Source: Campylobacteraceae bacterium
GTDB lineage: Bacteria; Campylobacterota; Campylobacteria; Campylobacterales; Campylobacteraceae
NCBI GenBank assembly: GCA_031276075.1
Contig: JAISNU010000042.1
Coordinates: 1 to 55,837, forward strand
Reading direction: 5' to 3'
DNA: 55,837 nucleotides
Shown: piece by piece, positions 39,703 to 50,235 of the stretch
Position numbering within the stretch: position 1 is the stretch's first letter
How the letters are laid out: the number at the start of each line of letters is the position of its first letter
Notes under the pieces: model-generated
Databases searched by the model: none
Told to the model about the DNA's origin: nothing
Seen by the model: only the letters and a program-made list of their open reading frames with translations
Made by a program: the position numbers and the translations under genes

Positions 39703-40552
39703 ATTTACGATAACAATTTCAGATGTCAAAGGTTCGCGCCATTATACGATAGACGAAATACTAAAACGCATAGTCGCCGTATTTTTGGCATTTGTCGTTT
39801 TGCTGTTTGCAGGCGGCATCATATATATTACGATTTTAAATTACAAGGTAGAACAGCTTGATATTAAAAAAGATGAGCTTCAAAATGAATTGAACGACAA
39901 AATAGCCTATTACGAAGTGATAAAAGAGAAAATTGATGAGATAGAGTCCATTATCGGCATCGCGCATGAAGAAGATGATAACAGTACTCATGAAGCGCGG
40001 CTTTCCAATATCACTCTTACAACAGTTCAGCAGTCTTTGCTTTTGCAGTTTATACCAAACGGTGAAGTTACGCAGCATAACGGCATTTCTGATAAATTTG
40101 GCATGAGAAAACACCCCGTAAAAGGCACAGATGAGTTTCATAGCGGTTTGGATTTTAGAACGCCTTTACAAACGCCGATTTATGCGCCCGCGCTTGGCAT
40201 TATAGAGTATGCGGGAAGCAGTTCGTCTGGATACGGTTCGCTGGTTATCGTAGATCATGGATTTGGATTTAAAAGCTATTATGCACACTTGGATAAAACG
40301 ATGATGGTTAAAGTGGGACAATTCGTCAAAAAAGGAGACCATATTGCAAATTCGGGCAACAGCGGTATTTCGACGGGTCCGCATTTGCATTATGAAGTGC
40401 GCTTTTTAGGACGCGCGTTAAATCCTATAAATTTTGTCAATTGGGATTTAAATAATTTTTCACAAATTTTTGAGAAGGAGACAAATGTACAATGGGACTC
40501 TTTGTTAGAGGTGATGAGCATATTATTAGCAAACAAACAGAATCCACAATAG
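39692..40552 (+). CDS. M23 family metallopeptidase (Csd1/Csd2-like)
   Basis: N-terminal TM and coiled coil. HSGLDF (HxxxD), GNSGISTGPHLHYEV (HxH). Confidence 0.85.
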   Translation: MKNKFTITISDVKGSRHYTIDEILKRIVAVFLAFVVLLFAGGIIYITILNYKVEQLDIKKDELQNELNDKIAYYEVIKEKIDEIESIIGIAHEEDDNSTHEARLSNITLTTVQQSLLLQFIPNGEVTQHNGISDKFGMRKHPVKGTDEFHSGLDFRTPLQTPIYAPALGIIEYAGSSSSGYGSLVIVDHGFGFKSYYAHLDKTMMVKVGQFVKKGDHIANSGNSGISTGPHLHYEVRFLGRALNPINFVNWDLNNFSQIFEKETNVQWDSLLEVMSILLANKQNPQ

Positions 40553-40902
40553 TCGCTAACGGCGCGAAACTTGAGGGAGTTTTTGAACTCTCTACATATC
40601 TTTATGTGGATGGCGTGGTTTTGGGTAAAGTTTACTCCACAAGCACTATTGTTATCGGTAAACGAGGTCTTATAAAAGGCGAAGTTGAAGCGCCGAAAAT
40701 GATTATTAACGGCAAATTTGAAGGCAAAGCCACATGCGAAGGCGTTGAAATTTTGGAAGGCGGCATACTTTTGGGCGTAGTTTACAGCAATGAATTGGTG
40801 ATTGAACAAAAGTCCCACTTTGAAGGCGAAAGCCACAAAAAAGATGCAATTGAGCAGCATTTGATAACCGTGGAAGAGACAGAAGAAGAGGTTAAAGAAT
40901 AG
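40492..40902 (+). CDS. ccmA: Bactofilin (CcmA-like polymer-forming cytoskeletal protein)
   Basis: 136 aa. Beta-helical repeats (GVFELSTYLYVDGVVLGKVYS..IVIGKRGLIKGEVEA..MIINGKFEGK) with an acidic tail. Overlaps the M23 gene by 61 nt. Confidence 0.8.
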   Translation: MGLFVRGDEHIISKQTESTIVANGAKLEGVFELSTYLYVDGVVLGKVYSTSTIVIGKRGLIKGEVEAPKMIINGKFEGKATCEGVEILEGGILLGVVYSNELVIEQKSHFEGESHKKDAIEQHLITVEETEEEVKE

Positions 40903-40905
40903 AGT

Positions 40906-43884
40906 TTGCAAGCGGCGGTTTTTGAATTTTTAAAACAAGATAACGAAACTGAAATTATCATTTGTAAAGATGATAAAGATGCTTTTGTTATCTCAAATGC
41001 CGCCATGTTTTCAGGTAGAGAAACATTTACTTTACCTGATTTTCGCGCTTCCTTCGGCGATGATTTACGATCGTATCGAAGCGAGCTTTTTGAGCTTATC
41101 AATGTATTGGGCAGATATCACAAAGAAGTTTCTGCAAAAAAAATTTTGATATCTCCATTAAGAACGCTACTTCATTCGCTCCCAAAACCGTATCTTTTTG
41201 AAACTGCCGTTGTGGGATTCGGCGATACGGTAAAACTTGATGAATTTAAAGAGAAACTTTTGCGCTGGGGATACAGCTTTGTAGATATTGTTGAAGAACG
41301 CGGCGAAGCCTCTTTTCGCGGCGATATAGTGGACATTTATCCTACGAATTTTGAAAGCGCCGTTCGTATCTGTTTTTTTGACAATCAAATAGAAAGCATT
41401 AGATATTTTTCCGTGCAGACGCAAAAAAGCCAAAAAGAAGAATTGGATAGCGTTGCGATAACGCCCGCACTCTTTTCGCTTGATGGCGGTTCTTATGAAA
41501 AGATGAATGAGGAGATTAAAAGACTAAACTCTGATAGTATCAGTCAAGATATAGAGTCTTTAGGTTTTTGGACTTTGGGTGAAAATGCGCAAAATTATAT
41601 ATCCGAAAAAAAGTGTATTTATGCTTATAAAATGGAAAGCGAGCTTGAAGAGGCGTCGCAGTTTTATAATGCCGACCAAAATCTTTTAAAAGCCATTCCG
41701 ATTATACCTGAACCCTTTGTTTATAAAGATTTACAGATATCGGCTATAAAGCCTTTTTTGGAGTTTCATAAAGAACAGAAAGTCAAGATTTTAGCGCGCA
41801 GCGAAGCGCTTATAAAACAGGCGGATATAGAACTTGGCGGCAATATTGAATTTGTACAAAGTCCGCTGATAATTAATCTTGTTTCGCAAAATGAGATAAT
41901 CATCTCTCTAAACCGCCCGACTCAAAAAAAACGCAAAAAACATCCATCTATTCTGCTTGACGAGCTTAAAATCGGCGATTATGTAGTGCATGAAAATTAC
42001 GGCGTAGGTATTTTCAGAGGTTTGCAAAATACAACGGTTTTAGGCGCGAAAAAGGATTTTATCTTTATAGAGTATCAAGACGGCGACAAACTTCTTTTAC
42101 CTGTTGAAAATCTAAATCTTGTAGACCGCTATATCGCAGACAGCGGCTCTGTAGCGGTTCTTGACAGACTCGGCAAAGGAAGTTTTTTAAAACTGAAAGA
42201 AAAAACGCGCGCGAAACTTTTTGAAATAGCAAAAGAGATTGTAGATATAGCGGCAAAAAGGGAGCTTATAGACGGTTTTAAGATGGAAGTTTCAAATGCG
42301 CCCGTAGAAGAGTTTTGGAATAGCGCGGGCTTTACATATACGGCTGACCAAAAAAGGAGCGTTGAAGATATTTTTAAAGATTTGAGTTCGGGTAAAGTTA
42401 TGGACAGACTGCTTAGCGGCGATGTGGGATTTGGTAAAACGGAAGTTGCCATGAATGCTATCCTTTGCGCCGCAAAAAACGGCTTCCAATCCCTCTTTAT
42501 TGTACCTACGACGCTTTTATCCTTGCAGCATTTCAAAAGCGTTTCTAAAAGATTTGAGCATTTTGGCGTTAAAACGGCGAAACTTGACAGATTTTCGTCT
42601 GCCAAAGATAAAAATGCGGTTTTGAAAGGACTGAAAGACGGCACGATTGATGTTTGTATAGGCACTCATGCGCTTTTAGGGGTGGATTGTAAAAATTTAG
42701 CACTTTTGATTATAGATGAAGAACATAAGTTCGGCGTTAAACAAAAAGAGAAATTAAAAAATATGCGCGAAAACATACATATTTTATCCATGAGCGCGAC
42801 GCCGATTCCGCGAAGTTTAAATATGGCTTTAAGCTCGATAAAACAATATTCGCAGATTCTAACTCCGCCAAACGACAGAGAAGATGTGCGGACATTTGTA
42901 AAAGAGTATGATGAAAAAATCGTGCGCGAAGTGATATTAAGGGAGCTTAGGCGCGGCGGGCAGGTATTTTATATCCATAACCGCATAGCCACGATAAATC
43001 TAAAAGTCAAAGAGTTAAAAAAGACAGTCCCAAATCTTCGCATTTTAGTGCTGCATTCTGAAATAAGCGATTCTATCAGCGAAGATGAGATACTGAAATT
43101 TGAAAACAGAGAGTATGATGTGCTGCTTTCAACTTCTATCGTTGAGTCTGGTATTCACCTGCCTAACGCCAATACTGTTATTATAGAGTCTGCCCATCGT
43201 TTCGGTATGGCGGATTTGCATCAATTGCGCGGCAGGGTAGGGCGCGCTCACAATCAAGGCTTTTGTTATTTTTTGGTAGACAGTAAAGAGGAGCTTAACG
43301 ATAGTAGCCGTAAAAGACTTTTAGCTTTGGAATCCAACTCATTTTTAGGCAGCGGTTCGGTATTGGCTTATCATGACTTGGAGATACGAGGCGGCGGCAA
43401 TTTGATAGGCGAAGCTCAAAGCGGACATATAAAGCATATAGGTTACTCTTTGTATCTTAAAATGTTAGAAGATGCAATCAACGAGCTTATGAATAAAACG
43501 CCTCTTAAAAAACATGATGTAGAGATAAAACTTTCCGTAAGCGCATATCTGAATGAACGATTTATCAGTGAAGATAGACTCCGCCTTGAAATTTACCGTC
43601 GTTTGAGCAAGTGCAAAAATATCGGCGAGGTTTATATGATAGAAGAGGAGATGGAGGATAGATTTGGTCGGCTTGACAAGCCCTCATCGCAGTTTTTATC
43701 GCTTATCATTATAAAGATTTTAGCTTCTGATTTGGGATTTAAGAGTATTATAAATTATAAAGAGAATATCACTTTTGCAGACGAAAATGATAAGAGGATT
43801 TATATTAAGGCTGCAAGTTTTGACGATGATGATATAATATCCTCTATTCTTGGATTTTTGCGCGCACAAAAGGAGAAAAAATGA
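40906..43884 (+). CDS. mfd: Transcription-repair coupling factor
   Basis: 992 aa. CarD-like HENYGVG, helicase motifs GDVGFGKTEVA, DEEHKFG, SATPIPR, QLRGRVGR. Confidence 0.9.
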   Translation: MQAAVFEFLKQDNETEIIICKDDKDAFVISNAAMFSGRETFTLPDFRASFGDDLRSYRSELFELINVLGRYHKEVSAKKILISPLRTLLHSLPKPYLFETAVVGFGDTVKLDEFKEKLLRWGYSFVDIVEERGEASFRGDIVDIYPTNFESAVRICFFDNQIESIRYFSVQTQKSQKEELDSVAITPALFSLDGGSYEKMNEEIKRLNSDSISQDIESLGFWTLGENAQNYISEKKCIYAYKMESELEEASQFYNADQNLLKAIPIIPEPFVYKDLQISAIKPFLEFHKEQKVKILARSEALIKQADIELGGNIEFVQSPLIINLVSQNEIIISLNRPTQKKRKKHPSILLDELKIGDYVVHENYGVGIFRGLQNTTVLGAKKDFIFIEYQDGDKLLLPVENLNLVDRYIADSGSVAVLDRLGKGSFLKLKEKTRAKLFEIAKEIVDIAAKRELIDGFKMEVSNAPVEEFWNSAGFTYTADQKRSVEDIFKDLSSGKVMDRLLSGDVGFGKTEVAMNAILCAAKNGFQSLFIVPTTLLSLQHFKSVSKRFEHFGVKTAKLDRFSSAKDKNAVLKGLKDGTIDVCIGTHALLGVDCKNLALLIIDEEHKFGVKQKEKLKNMRENIHILSMSATPIPRSLNMALSSIKQYSQILTPPNDREDVRTFVKEYDEKIVREVILRELRRGGQVFYIHNRIATINLKVKELKKTVPNLRILVLHSEISDSISEDEILKFENREYDVLLSTSIVESGIHLPNANTVIIESAHRFGMADLHQLRGRVGRAHNQGFCYFLVDSKEELNDSSRKRLLALESNSFLGSGSVLAYHDLEIRGGGNLIGEAQSGHIKHIGYSLYLKMLEDAINELMNKTPLKKHDVEIKLSVSAYLNERFISEDRLRLEIYRRLSKCKNIGEVYMIEEEMEDRFGRLDKPSSQFLSLIIIKILASDLGFKSIINYKENITFADENDKRIYIKAASFDDDDIISSILGFLRAQKEKK

Positions 43885-44648
43885 TAGATTGGAAAAATAC
43901 AAAAGCAGCCGTTTATAGAGCGAAAAAAGAGAGTTTAAAGCCCGTTTTAGATATAGATGCTATCACTTTGGAAGATTTGCTTCATATTGACGAACAAAAA
44001 CGCGCTCTTTGCGAAAATACACAGAGATTTTTAGACGGCAAGAAAGCTTCGCACGCACTTTTGTGGGGTTCAAGGGGTACGGGCAAATCATCTTTAATAA
44101 AAGCTGTTTTAAACCGTTTTTATAAAGACGGGCTTAGAGTTATAGAGATATCCAAAGACGATTTAAGCGCGCTTACCGATATAAGCGATGAGATAAGGGA
44201 ATTGCCGTATAAATTTATCATATTTTGCGACGATATCTCTTTTGAATCTGGAGACGCGAGTTACAAAGCTTTAAAAAGCGTTATTGAAGGTTCGATAGAA
44301 CTGCCGCCCAAAAATGTTTTGGTATATGCCACTTCAAACCGCCGCCATTTGATACCGGAATTTCACACGGACAATGAAGGTACGATAGTAAAAAGCGGTG
44401 AAATTCACTACTCGGATAATGTGGAAGAGAAGATTTCGCTTTCGGATAGATTTGGGCTTTGGCTTTCGTTTTATCAAGGTACGCTTGATGAGTATTTGCA
44501 GATAGTTGAGGGTTATTTTCCGAATTTAAACGGCGAAAAACGCGCTTTAATGCATGAAGAGGCGAAACGATACGCCGCTTTGCGGGCTTCCAGAAGCGGA
44601 CGCACGGCAAAACAGTTTTTTCAGCTTTTTGGAGATAAATTTTTATGA
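43881..44648 (+). CDS. DUF815-type ATP-binding protein
   Basis: LLWGSRGTGKSSLIKAV P-loop, FCDDISF. 255 aa. Confidence 0.75.
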   Translation: MIDWKNTKAAVYRAKKESLKPVLDIDAITLEDLLHIDEQKRALCENTQRFLDGKKASHALLWGSRGTGKSSLIKAVLNRFYKDGLRVIEISKDDLSALTDISDEIRELPYKFIIFCDDISFESGDASYKALKSVIEGSIELPPKNVLVYATSNRRHLIPEFHTDNEGTIVKSGEIHYSDNVEEKISLSDRFGLWLSFYQGTLDEYLQIVEGYFPNLNGEKRALMHEEAKRYAALRASRSGRTAKQFFQLFGDKFL

Positions 44649-45451
44649 AGACAGGTTTTATAGGCGATATAGTCGGCAAGCCCGGGCGCGATATGATAAA
44701 GGCGCATTTAAGGGAGTTAAGAAAAGAGTTTGGTATAGATTTTGTGATAGCAAATACCGAAAATGCTTCGCATGGATTTGGCATTAACGCAAAAAATGCG
44801 GCTGAGCTTTTTAACAGCGGTATTGATGTAATGAGCGGCGGAAACCATACATGGGATAGAGGCGAAATAGTAGAATGCATGAAGACGATGCCGATTTTGC
44901 GTCCTTACAATCTGCCCGATATTGTTCCCGGACGAGGCGCCATTGTATTTGATATTAACGGCGTGAAACTTGGCGTTATAAACCTCATGGGGCATTTCAC
45001 GATGCCTATGTGTGACAATCCATTTTTAAAAGCAAAAGAGGCTGTTAGTTTCGTCAAAGGGCAGGGGGCTGAGGCTGTTTTTATAGACTTTCATGCAGAG
45101 TCCACAAGCGAAAAAACGGCTCTTTTTGCGATGTTAAAAGGCGAAGTTTCGGGTATTGTCGGTACTCATACGCACATTGGAACGGACGATTTGACGATAG
45201 ATAAGGGAACGCTTTTTTTGTGCGATATAGGATTGACAGGCTGTCGCGACGGCGTCATAGGCGTGGACAAAGAAGCGCCGATAAAGCGTTTTACGAGCGG
45301 GTTGAATTATCCTTTTGAGATACCAAAAGAGTGCAAAAAAATCTTCCAAATGGTGGTTTTTGAACTCAAAAACGCAAAATGTACGGATGCTTTTAAGATT
45401 AAAATTTACGATGAAAACGAACGGGAGATAACAAAAGCGCGTCATGAATAG
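44645..45451 (+). CDS. YmdB-like metallophosphoesterase (TIGR00282 type)
   Basis: FIGDIVGKPGR, NTENASHGFGI, GNHTWD, DFHAE, GTHTH. Confidence 0.8.
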   Translation: MKTGFIGDIVGKPGRDMIKAHLRELRKEFGIDFVIANTENASHGFGINAKNAAELFNSGIDVMSGGNHTWDRGEIVECMKTMPILRPYNLPDIVPGRGAIVFDINGVKLGVINLMGHFTMPMCDNPFLKAKEAVSFVKGQGAEAVFIDFHAESTSEKTALFAMLKGEVSGIVGTHTHIGTDDLTIDKGTLFLCDIGLTGCRDGVIGVDKEAPIKRFTSGLNYPFEIPKECKKIFQMVVFELKNAKCTDAFKIKIYDENEREITKARHE

Positions 45452-46109
45452 CTTTGAGCTTTTATCTGCATTAAAACGGCTTGGATATTTAAAAAAAGAG
45501 TGCGGGACGCTTTGGTGGCCGAGAAGCGGTTCATTTGAAGTGGTTATCGGGGCTGTTTTGACGCAGCAGGCAAAATGGAACAGCGTAGAGATTTCGCTTG
45601 CCAATCTTAAAAACCGCTCTTTGCTTGAACCGCGCGCTTTGGCGTGCGCCGATGAATACGAACTTGGCATTCTCATAGAAAAATCGGGCTTTAAAACTCA
45701 AAAAGCTTCAAGGCTGAAAAAACTTGCACGCAATATAGTAAACGAGTTCGGCGATTTTGAAGCGTTCAAACAAAATGTTGACAGAGAGTGGCTTTTAGCG
45801 CAGAAAGGCATCGGTTTGGAGAGTGCGGATGCGATACTTTGCTATGCATGTTTAAGACCTGTCATGGTTATGGACAGTTATACAAGCAGGCTTTTAGAGA
45901 ATTTCGGATATGAGTTTGAAAGTTACGATGAGGTTGCGGAGTGGTTTTACGACGGGATTTTCAGCAGTTGGGAGAAAGTGCGCGCGCTGTATGATTTTGA
46001 TATTGATGAAAACACACTCTTCGCGCGCTTTCATGGTAAGATAGTAGAGTTTTGCAAGGATAATTCAAAGGGGCGCAGGATTGATATAAGCGCGCTTGCA
46101 GAGCAGTAA
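45444..46109 (+). CDS. Endonuclease III-like HhH-GPD domain protein
   Basis: LTQQAKW, GIGLESADAILCYA, VMDSYTSRL. No C-terminal 4Fe-4S Cys cluster seen. Confidence 0.7.
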   Translation: MNSFELLSALKRLGYLKKECGTLWWPRSGSFEVVIGAVLTQQAKWNSVEISLANLKNRSLLEPRALACADEYELGILIEKSGFKTQKASRLKKLARNIVNEFGDFEAFKQNVDREWLLAQKGIGLESADAILCYACLRPVMVMDSYTSRLLENFGYEFESYDEVAEWFYDGIFSSWEKVRALYDFDIDENTLFARFHGKIVEFCKDNSKGRRIDISALAEQ

Positions 46110-46110
46110 A

Positions 46111-46953
46111 ATGAAATTTTCGCGCGTTTATGTGGAAATTACCAATGTTTGCGCGCTTAAATGCAGTTTTTGTCCGAGTAAGTCTGAGAGTAAGCGCATG
46201 ATGGATTTGGCGTTATTTGAAAAAATCGCGCGGGAGTTAAAAGGCAAAACCAAAGAGATAGCGCTGCATGTGATGGGCGACCCGCTTTTAAATAAAAACC
46301 TGCGCGCATATCTTGACACAGCGGCTAAATTTTCGCACAAAGTATCGCTTACTACGAGCGGTTTTTATCTTCGCGCGCATGAGAAATCAACGCTTTTGCA
46401 TGAGGCTGTGAGGCAGATTAATATTTCGCTGAACAGTTTCAATAAAAACGCTAAGAAGCTAAGTTTTGAAAAGTATTTGGAGGCGGTTTTTGAACTGATT
46501 GATTATAAGCTTATAAAAGACGGCGGCGAATTTATAAATCTCAGACTTTGGAATTTGGACGCTAAAAACAGCGAAACGGCTTTTAATGAGTCGGTTTTTC
46601 GCGCGCTTTATGAGAGATACGGCGTAAAAATAGACCAAAACAGTACCCGAATAGCCAAAAAAGTACTTGTTCATTTTGACGAACTTTTTCAATGGGCAAG
46701 TTTGGACGCGCCTGTCATAGAAAATACTAAATGTTACGGTTTGAACGCTCAAATAGCCATTTTATCGGACGGCAGAGTAACGCCTTGCTGTTTTGATTAT
46801 GAAGCGAAAATTTTACTCGGAGACGCTAACGGCGAGAGTCTTGGAAAAATACTCCGCCGCGCCGCGCCAATGGCAAATGCGCTGAAAAACGGTATTATTA
46901 CCGAAGAACTTTGTAAAAGGTGTTCGTATAGATTGAGATTTAAGGAGATTTGA
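46111..46953 (+). CDS. Radical SAM protein (possible SPASM/twitch C-terminus)
   Basis: CALKCSFCP (CxxxCxxC). C-terminal CCFDYE...CKRCSY. An ATG at 46111, just after the upstream stop, is preferred over the TTG at 46096. Confidence 0.75.
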   Translation: MKFSRVYVEITNVCALKCSFCPSKSESKRMMDLALFEKIARELKGKTKEIALHVMGDPLLNKNLRAYLDTAAKFSHKVSLTTSGFYLRAHEKSTLLHEAVRQINISLNSFNKNAKKLSFEKYLEAVFELIDYKLIKDGGEFINLRLWNLDAKNSETAFNESVFRALYERYGVKIDQNSTRIAKKVLVHFDELFQWASLDAPVIENTKCYGLNAQIAILSDGRVTPCCFDYEAKILLGDANGESLGKILRRAAPMANALKNGIITEELCKRCSYRLRFKEI

Positions 46954-46963
46954 TGTGTTTTTT

Positions 46964-46997
46964 GTCATTGCAAGGAGCGTTAGAGACGAAGCAATCC
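46964..46997. repeat. Solo forward hairpin-repeat arm 11 nt after the radical SAM stop
   Basis: GTCATTGCAAGGAGCGTTAGAGACGAAGCAATCC. Confidence 0.85.
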
Positions 46998-47116
46998 GAA
47001 AAGAAAAACAATCCAAAACATACAAAAAAACTGCAAAAATATTTTATCTACCTTGATTTTAGCTTTGGAATTGATTAAAATAATATTCTGTATAAAAAAA
47101 TATTTAAGGAAATATA

Positions 47117-47629
47117 GTGAAAACAGTCTTAAAGTTATTAATCAGTACAGTACTGCTTGGCAGTTTAGCTTTTGCCAATGATTTTGGTGAAGCTTTTAAA
47201 GCTTATGAAAAAGGCGATTATAAAAAAGCCTCCGAACTTTTTAAAAAATCATGCGATGGGGGAGATGCCGGGAGTTGCGGTGCTTTAGGATATATGTATG
47301 AACAAGGCAAAGGTGTTAAGCAAGACTATTTTAAAGCGGCAGAACTTTATAAAAAGGGTTGCGATGGAAGAAATACTTGGAGCTGCGGTAATTTAGGATT
47401 AATGTATGAATACGGCAAAGGTGTTAAGCAAAACTATTTCAAAGCTGTTAAACTTTATAAAAAAGGTTGCGATGGAGGAAATGCTGGGAGTTGCGGTAAG
47501 TTAGGAGTTTCTTATGAATCAGGCAAAGGCGTGAAAAAAGACATAAATAAAGCTCTTGAATACTACGGTAAAGCGTGTGATTTGAAAGAGCAAAAAGGGT
47601 GTGAAGATTACGCGAGATTGAAAAAATAG
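47117..47629 (+). CDS. Secreted Sel1-repeat, cysteine-rich protein (Hcp-like), 4 repeats
   Basis: GTG start after AAGGAAA. Signal peptide. Repeats C.GG.A.SCG.LG.MYE.GKGVKQ.YFKA..LYKK. Confidence 0.85.
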   Translation: MKTVLKLLISTVLLGSLAFANDFGEAFKAYEKGDYKKASELFKKSCDGGDAGSCGALGYMYEQGKGVKQDYFKAAELYKKGCDGRNTWSCGNLGLMYEYGKGVKQNYFKAVKLYKKGCDGGNAGSCGKLGVSYESGKGVKKDINKALEYYGKACDLKEQKGCEDYARLKK

Positions 47630-47670
47630 CAATATTTGAAAGTAATTGCTGTTGTTTTATATATTTTTGT
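47628..47670 (+). terminator. Weak terminator-like hairpin plus T-rich tail
   Basis: AGCAAT (47628-47633), 11-nt loop, ATTGCT (47645-47650), then GTTGTTTTATATATTTTTG. Confidence 0.35.
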
Positions 47671-47697
47671 TCTCATATAAAGCGCATGTATCCGCTT

Positions 47698-47771
47698 TGT
47701 CATTCCCGCGGCTGAACGACAAGTTCTGTGAAGCGCATATCGTGAAATTGCGGCAAGAATGCGGCAATCCA
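47698..47771. repeat. Expanded forward-type repeat arm just upstream of the HIT gene
   Basis: TTTGTCATTCCCGCGGCTGAACGAC...GAATGCGGCAATCCA. Confidence 0.6.
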
Positions 47772-47799
47772 AAAGAATTTGAAATTTTTAGGAGTTTTG

Positions 47800-48171
47800 A
47801 TGATGGTATTTAAAAATGAATTTATTACGATATTTAAAGAAGAGTCGCATATCCCATGGCTGAAAATTTTCACGACCGCGCCGTACAAAGAGCTGACCGA
47901 TTGCCCCGAAAACCTGAGAGCGGCGCTTTACCGCGCTATGGAGACAGTAGAAAAATGTATGAGAAATTATTACAATCCCGCAAAAATCAATATAGCGATG
48001 TTTGGTAATTATCTGCCGCATCTGCATGTGCATGTTATGGCGCGTTTTGAAAATGATGCGTTTTTTCCCGAGTCCATGTGGGGCAAAAAACAGCGTGAAT
48101 CCTCCGTCATACTGCCTGACGAAAAACCATTTTTGGAAGAGTTGATAAAAGAGCTGAAAAAAGGTTTTTAA
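47800..48171 (+). CDS. HIT family hydrolase
   Basis: Histidine triad LPHLHVHVM. AGGAG at 47790-47794 sits 5 nt before the ATG at 47800. Confidence 0.8.
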   Translation: MMVFKNEFITIFKEESHIPWLKIFTTAPYKELTDCPENLRAALYRAMETVEKCMRNYYNPAKINIAMFGNYLPHLHVHVMARFENDAFFPESMWGKKQRESSVILPDEKPFLEELIKELKKGF

Positions 48172-48332
48172 GATTTTGTGAAACGCCGTTTTATTTATAA
48201 GTACAACTTTTTATTAACAACAAATACATTGGTATTTCAGCAATTATTTATATTTGAAATAGAACACAACAGAGTTAGCGGTAAAAATCCGAATGATTTT
48301 TGATTGGTTGAAATTATTTTTGCATTTTTGTT

Positions 48333-49312
48333 GAGCGTTCGGCAATCCACCTTTTCATCATTGCGAGGAGTGTAGAGATGAAGCAATCCAAAACACATCT
48401 CACTTCGTTATTACGAGCTGACGAAGTCAGCGCGGCAATCTACGCCTTTCATTACACAAGTTCTCTTTTTAATTATTGCGAAACACAAAGTGTCGTAATA
48501 ATTCAGAAAATGCCTGTTCCTCCGTCATTGCGAGCCATTGAAAACGGCGCGGCAATCTATATAAAATAAGACAGTAATAATGACCAATTTCACCATTGCA
48601 TGAAATTTTCCAGCTCCGTCATTGTGAGGACTGCGAACAAAGCGTGGGCAGGATAAAGCATCCGTCATTGCGAGGAGCATTAGCGACGAAGCAATCCATT
48701 AAGACGCTTGCGTTTTTATTTTTTAACCTAAGGGTTGAAAATTGAAATTCAAAGTTTGTGCGAATAAAGAAAAATTCTGGATTGCCGCGCTTCGCTCGCA
48801 ATGACGGAATGGAATTCCTGCGCCTTACCTTGTAAGTTTATCGTTTGGTAGAGAGAATGACATAAGAAGGGATATGAATGGCAGAAAAGGAAAACGGGAA
48901 TCCATTTTTTTCATCATTGCGAGGAACGCAGAGATGAAACAATCCAGAGAAATAAAAAAATTAACCAAGCAATACAGAAAATCCAAATATCAAAAAATGT
49001 AAACTATCAACCCCAAATTTAATTTTTTTATTCTTTCTATTACAATATCTTGATGTTTTATAACGCTTCGCGTATCTGGATTGCTTTGTCATACTGCGTA
49101 TTCCTCGCAATGACGGAGAGGCGTGTTTTTTTGGTTGTGAATTTTTTGCTGTACTTATAATAATTGGATTGCTTTGTCCTGCCGCGCTTCGCTTGCACTC
49201 CTCGCAATGACAAAAGGATAAATTGCTTCACTTTTTTGTTTTCATACAATGATAGAAAGTTGGTTTTTGCCGCTTCCTTACAATGACAGAGAGAAATCGC
49301 GGGAATGACAAA
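48333..49312. repeat. Hairpin-repeat island H (about 13 arms)
   Basis: Forward arms at 48355, 48405, 48470, 48522, 48616, 48661 and 48911. Reverse arms at 48778, 49076, 49163, about 49270 and about 49300. Confidence 0.9.
48911..49117. mobile_element. MITE/BIME-like composite, core family 3
   Basis: Core AGAAATAAAAAAATTAACCAAGCAATACAGAAAATCCAAATATCAAAAAATGTAAACTATCAACCCCAAATTTAA...TTTTATAACGCTTCGCGTATC lies between inverted arms. Confidence 0.55.
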
Positions 49313-49470
49313 GGAGGGCGTATATTTACATAGCAAAAAGGGTATATTTTCTCATGTATGACTTATACAAATGCTGCGGTTTGTGATTTTTTACCGCGCC
49401 AAGTCAATCCTCAATCGTAAGCCGTTTACCAACAAAAATTAACAAGCGCCCCTGCTAAAATATCCAAGTC

Positions 49471-50235
49471 TCAATCCCCAATCGTAACAGCTACCCTAAA
49501 TCCTAAATTATTCGCGCTGTAACTTGACGGCTGTAAAGCCCTTACGGAAGAGCGTAAAAATTCCGCGCTATTGTAAGAGCTGCCGCCTTTGATAATATTT
49601 GCATTTCCTGTGTTTTGTATGGTATCAATTTTGTTTTTTGCATAAAAATTTTTATTATATATAGTCTCTACCCACTCCCAAACATTTCCATGCATGTCAT
49701 AAAGACCCCATTGATTGGGTAGTTTTTGACCTGTTGCCTGCGGCGGTAATATTTTTTTCTTACTGTTTTTGTCGTAATACCATGCGTATTTTTTTAGCTC
49801 TGCTTCATCGCTGCCGAATGAATAGGTATCATTAGACGCGGCTGATGCGGCATATTCCCACTCTGCTTCTGTTGGAAGGCGGTATTTGGTCGTATTTTCA
49901 AGCGCGTTAAGTCTTGAAATAAACAGTTTGACATCATACCAAGAGACAGAATCTACAGGATTTGCCGCTGCTTTTATTTCGCTTGGATTGTTATTTACTA
50001 CCTTCTCCCACTGTTCTTGCGTTACTTCGGTTACGCCTAAATAAAAGCTTTCCGTAAGCGTTATTTCGCGTCTTGGTTTTTCATTGATATTATTTGAGCC
50101 CATCATAAAAGAGCCCGCATCTATCAGTACAAATTTCATACCGATGCTGTTTGTATAAGTTTTGCTTAATTCCTGCTCTTTTTCAGAACAGCCTATAAAT
50201 ATTAAAGCGATTAAATATAAAAAGTACTTTCTCAT
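49471..50235 (-). CDS. Formylglycine-generating-enzyme (SUMF1/FGE) domain lipoprotein
   Basis: Lipobox LIFIGC. MHGNVWEWV, IKGGS, LGFRVA. Confidence 0.8.
   Translation of the reverse strand: MRKYFLYLIALIFIGCSEKEQELSKTYTNSIGMKFVLIDAGSFMMGSNNINEKPRREITLTESFYLGVTEVTQEQWEKVVNNNPSEIKAAANPVDSVSWYDVKLFISRLNALENTTKYRLPTEAEWEYAASAASNDTYSFGSDEAELKKYAWYYDKNSKKKILPPQATGQKLPNQWGLYDMHGNVWEWVETIYNKNFYAKNKIDTIQNTGNANIIKGGSSYNSAEFLRSSVRALQPSSYSANNLGFRVAVTIGD

Noticed and set aside
49398-49425. CAAGTCAATCCTCAATCGTAAGC resembles the FGE gene 3' end (CAAGTCTCAATCCCCAATCGTAACAGC at 49455-49482).
   Set aside because: It is a short, imperfect duplication of a gene terminus. It is most simply a remnant of local duplication, and no independent feature is supported.
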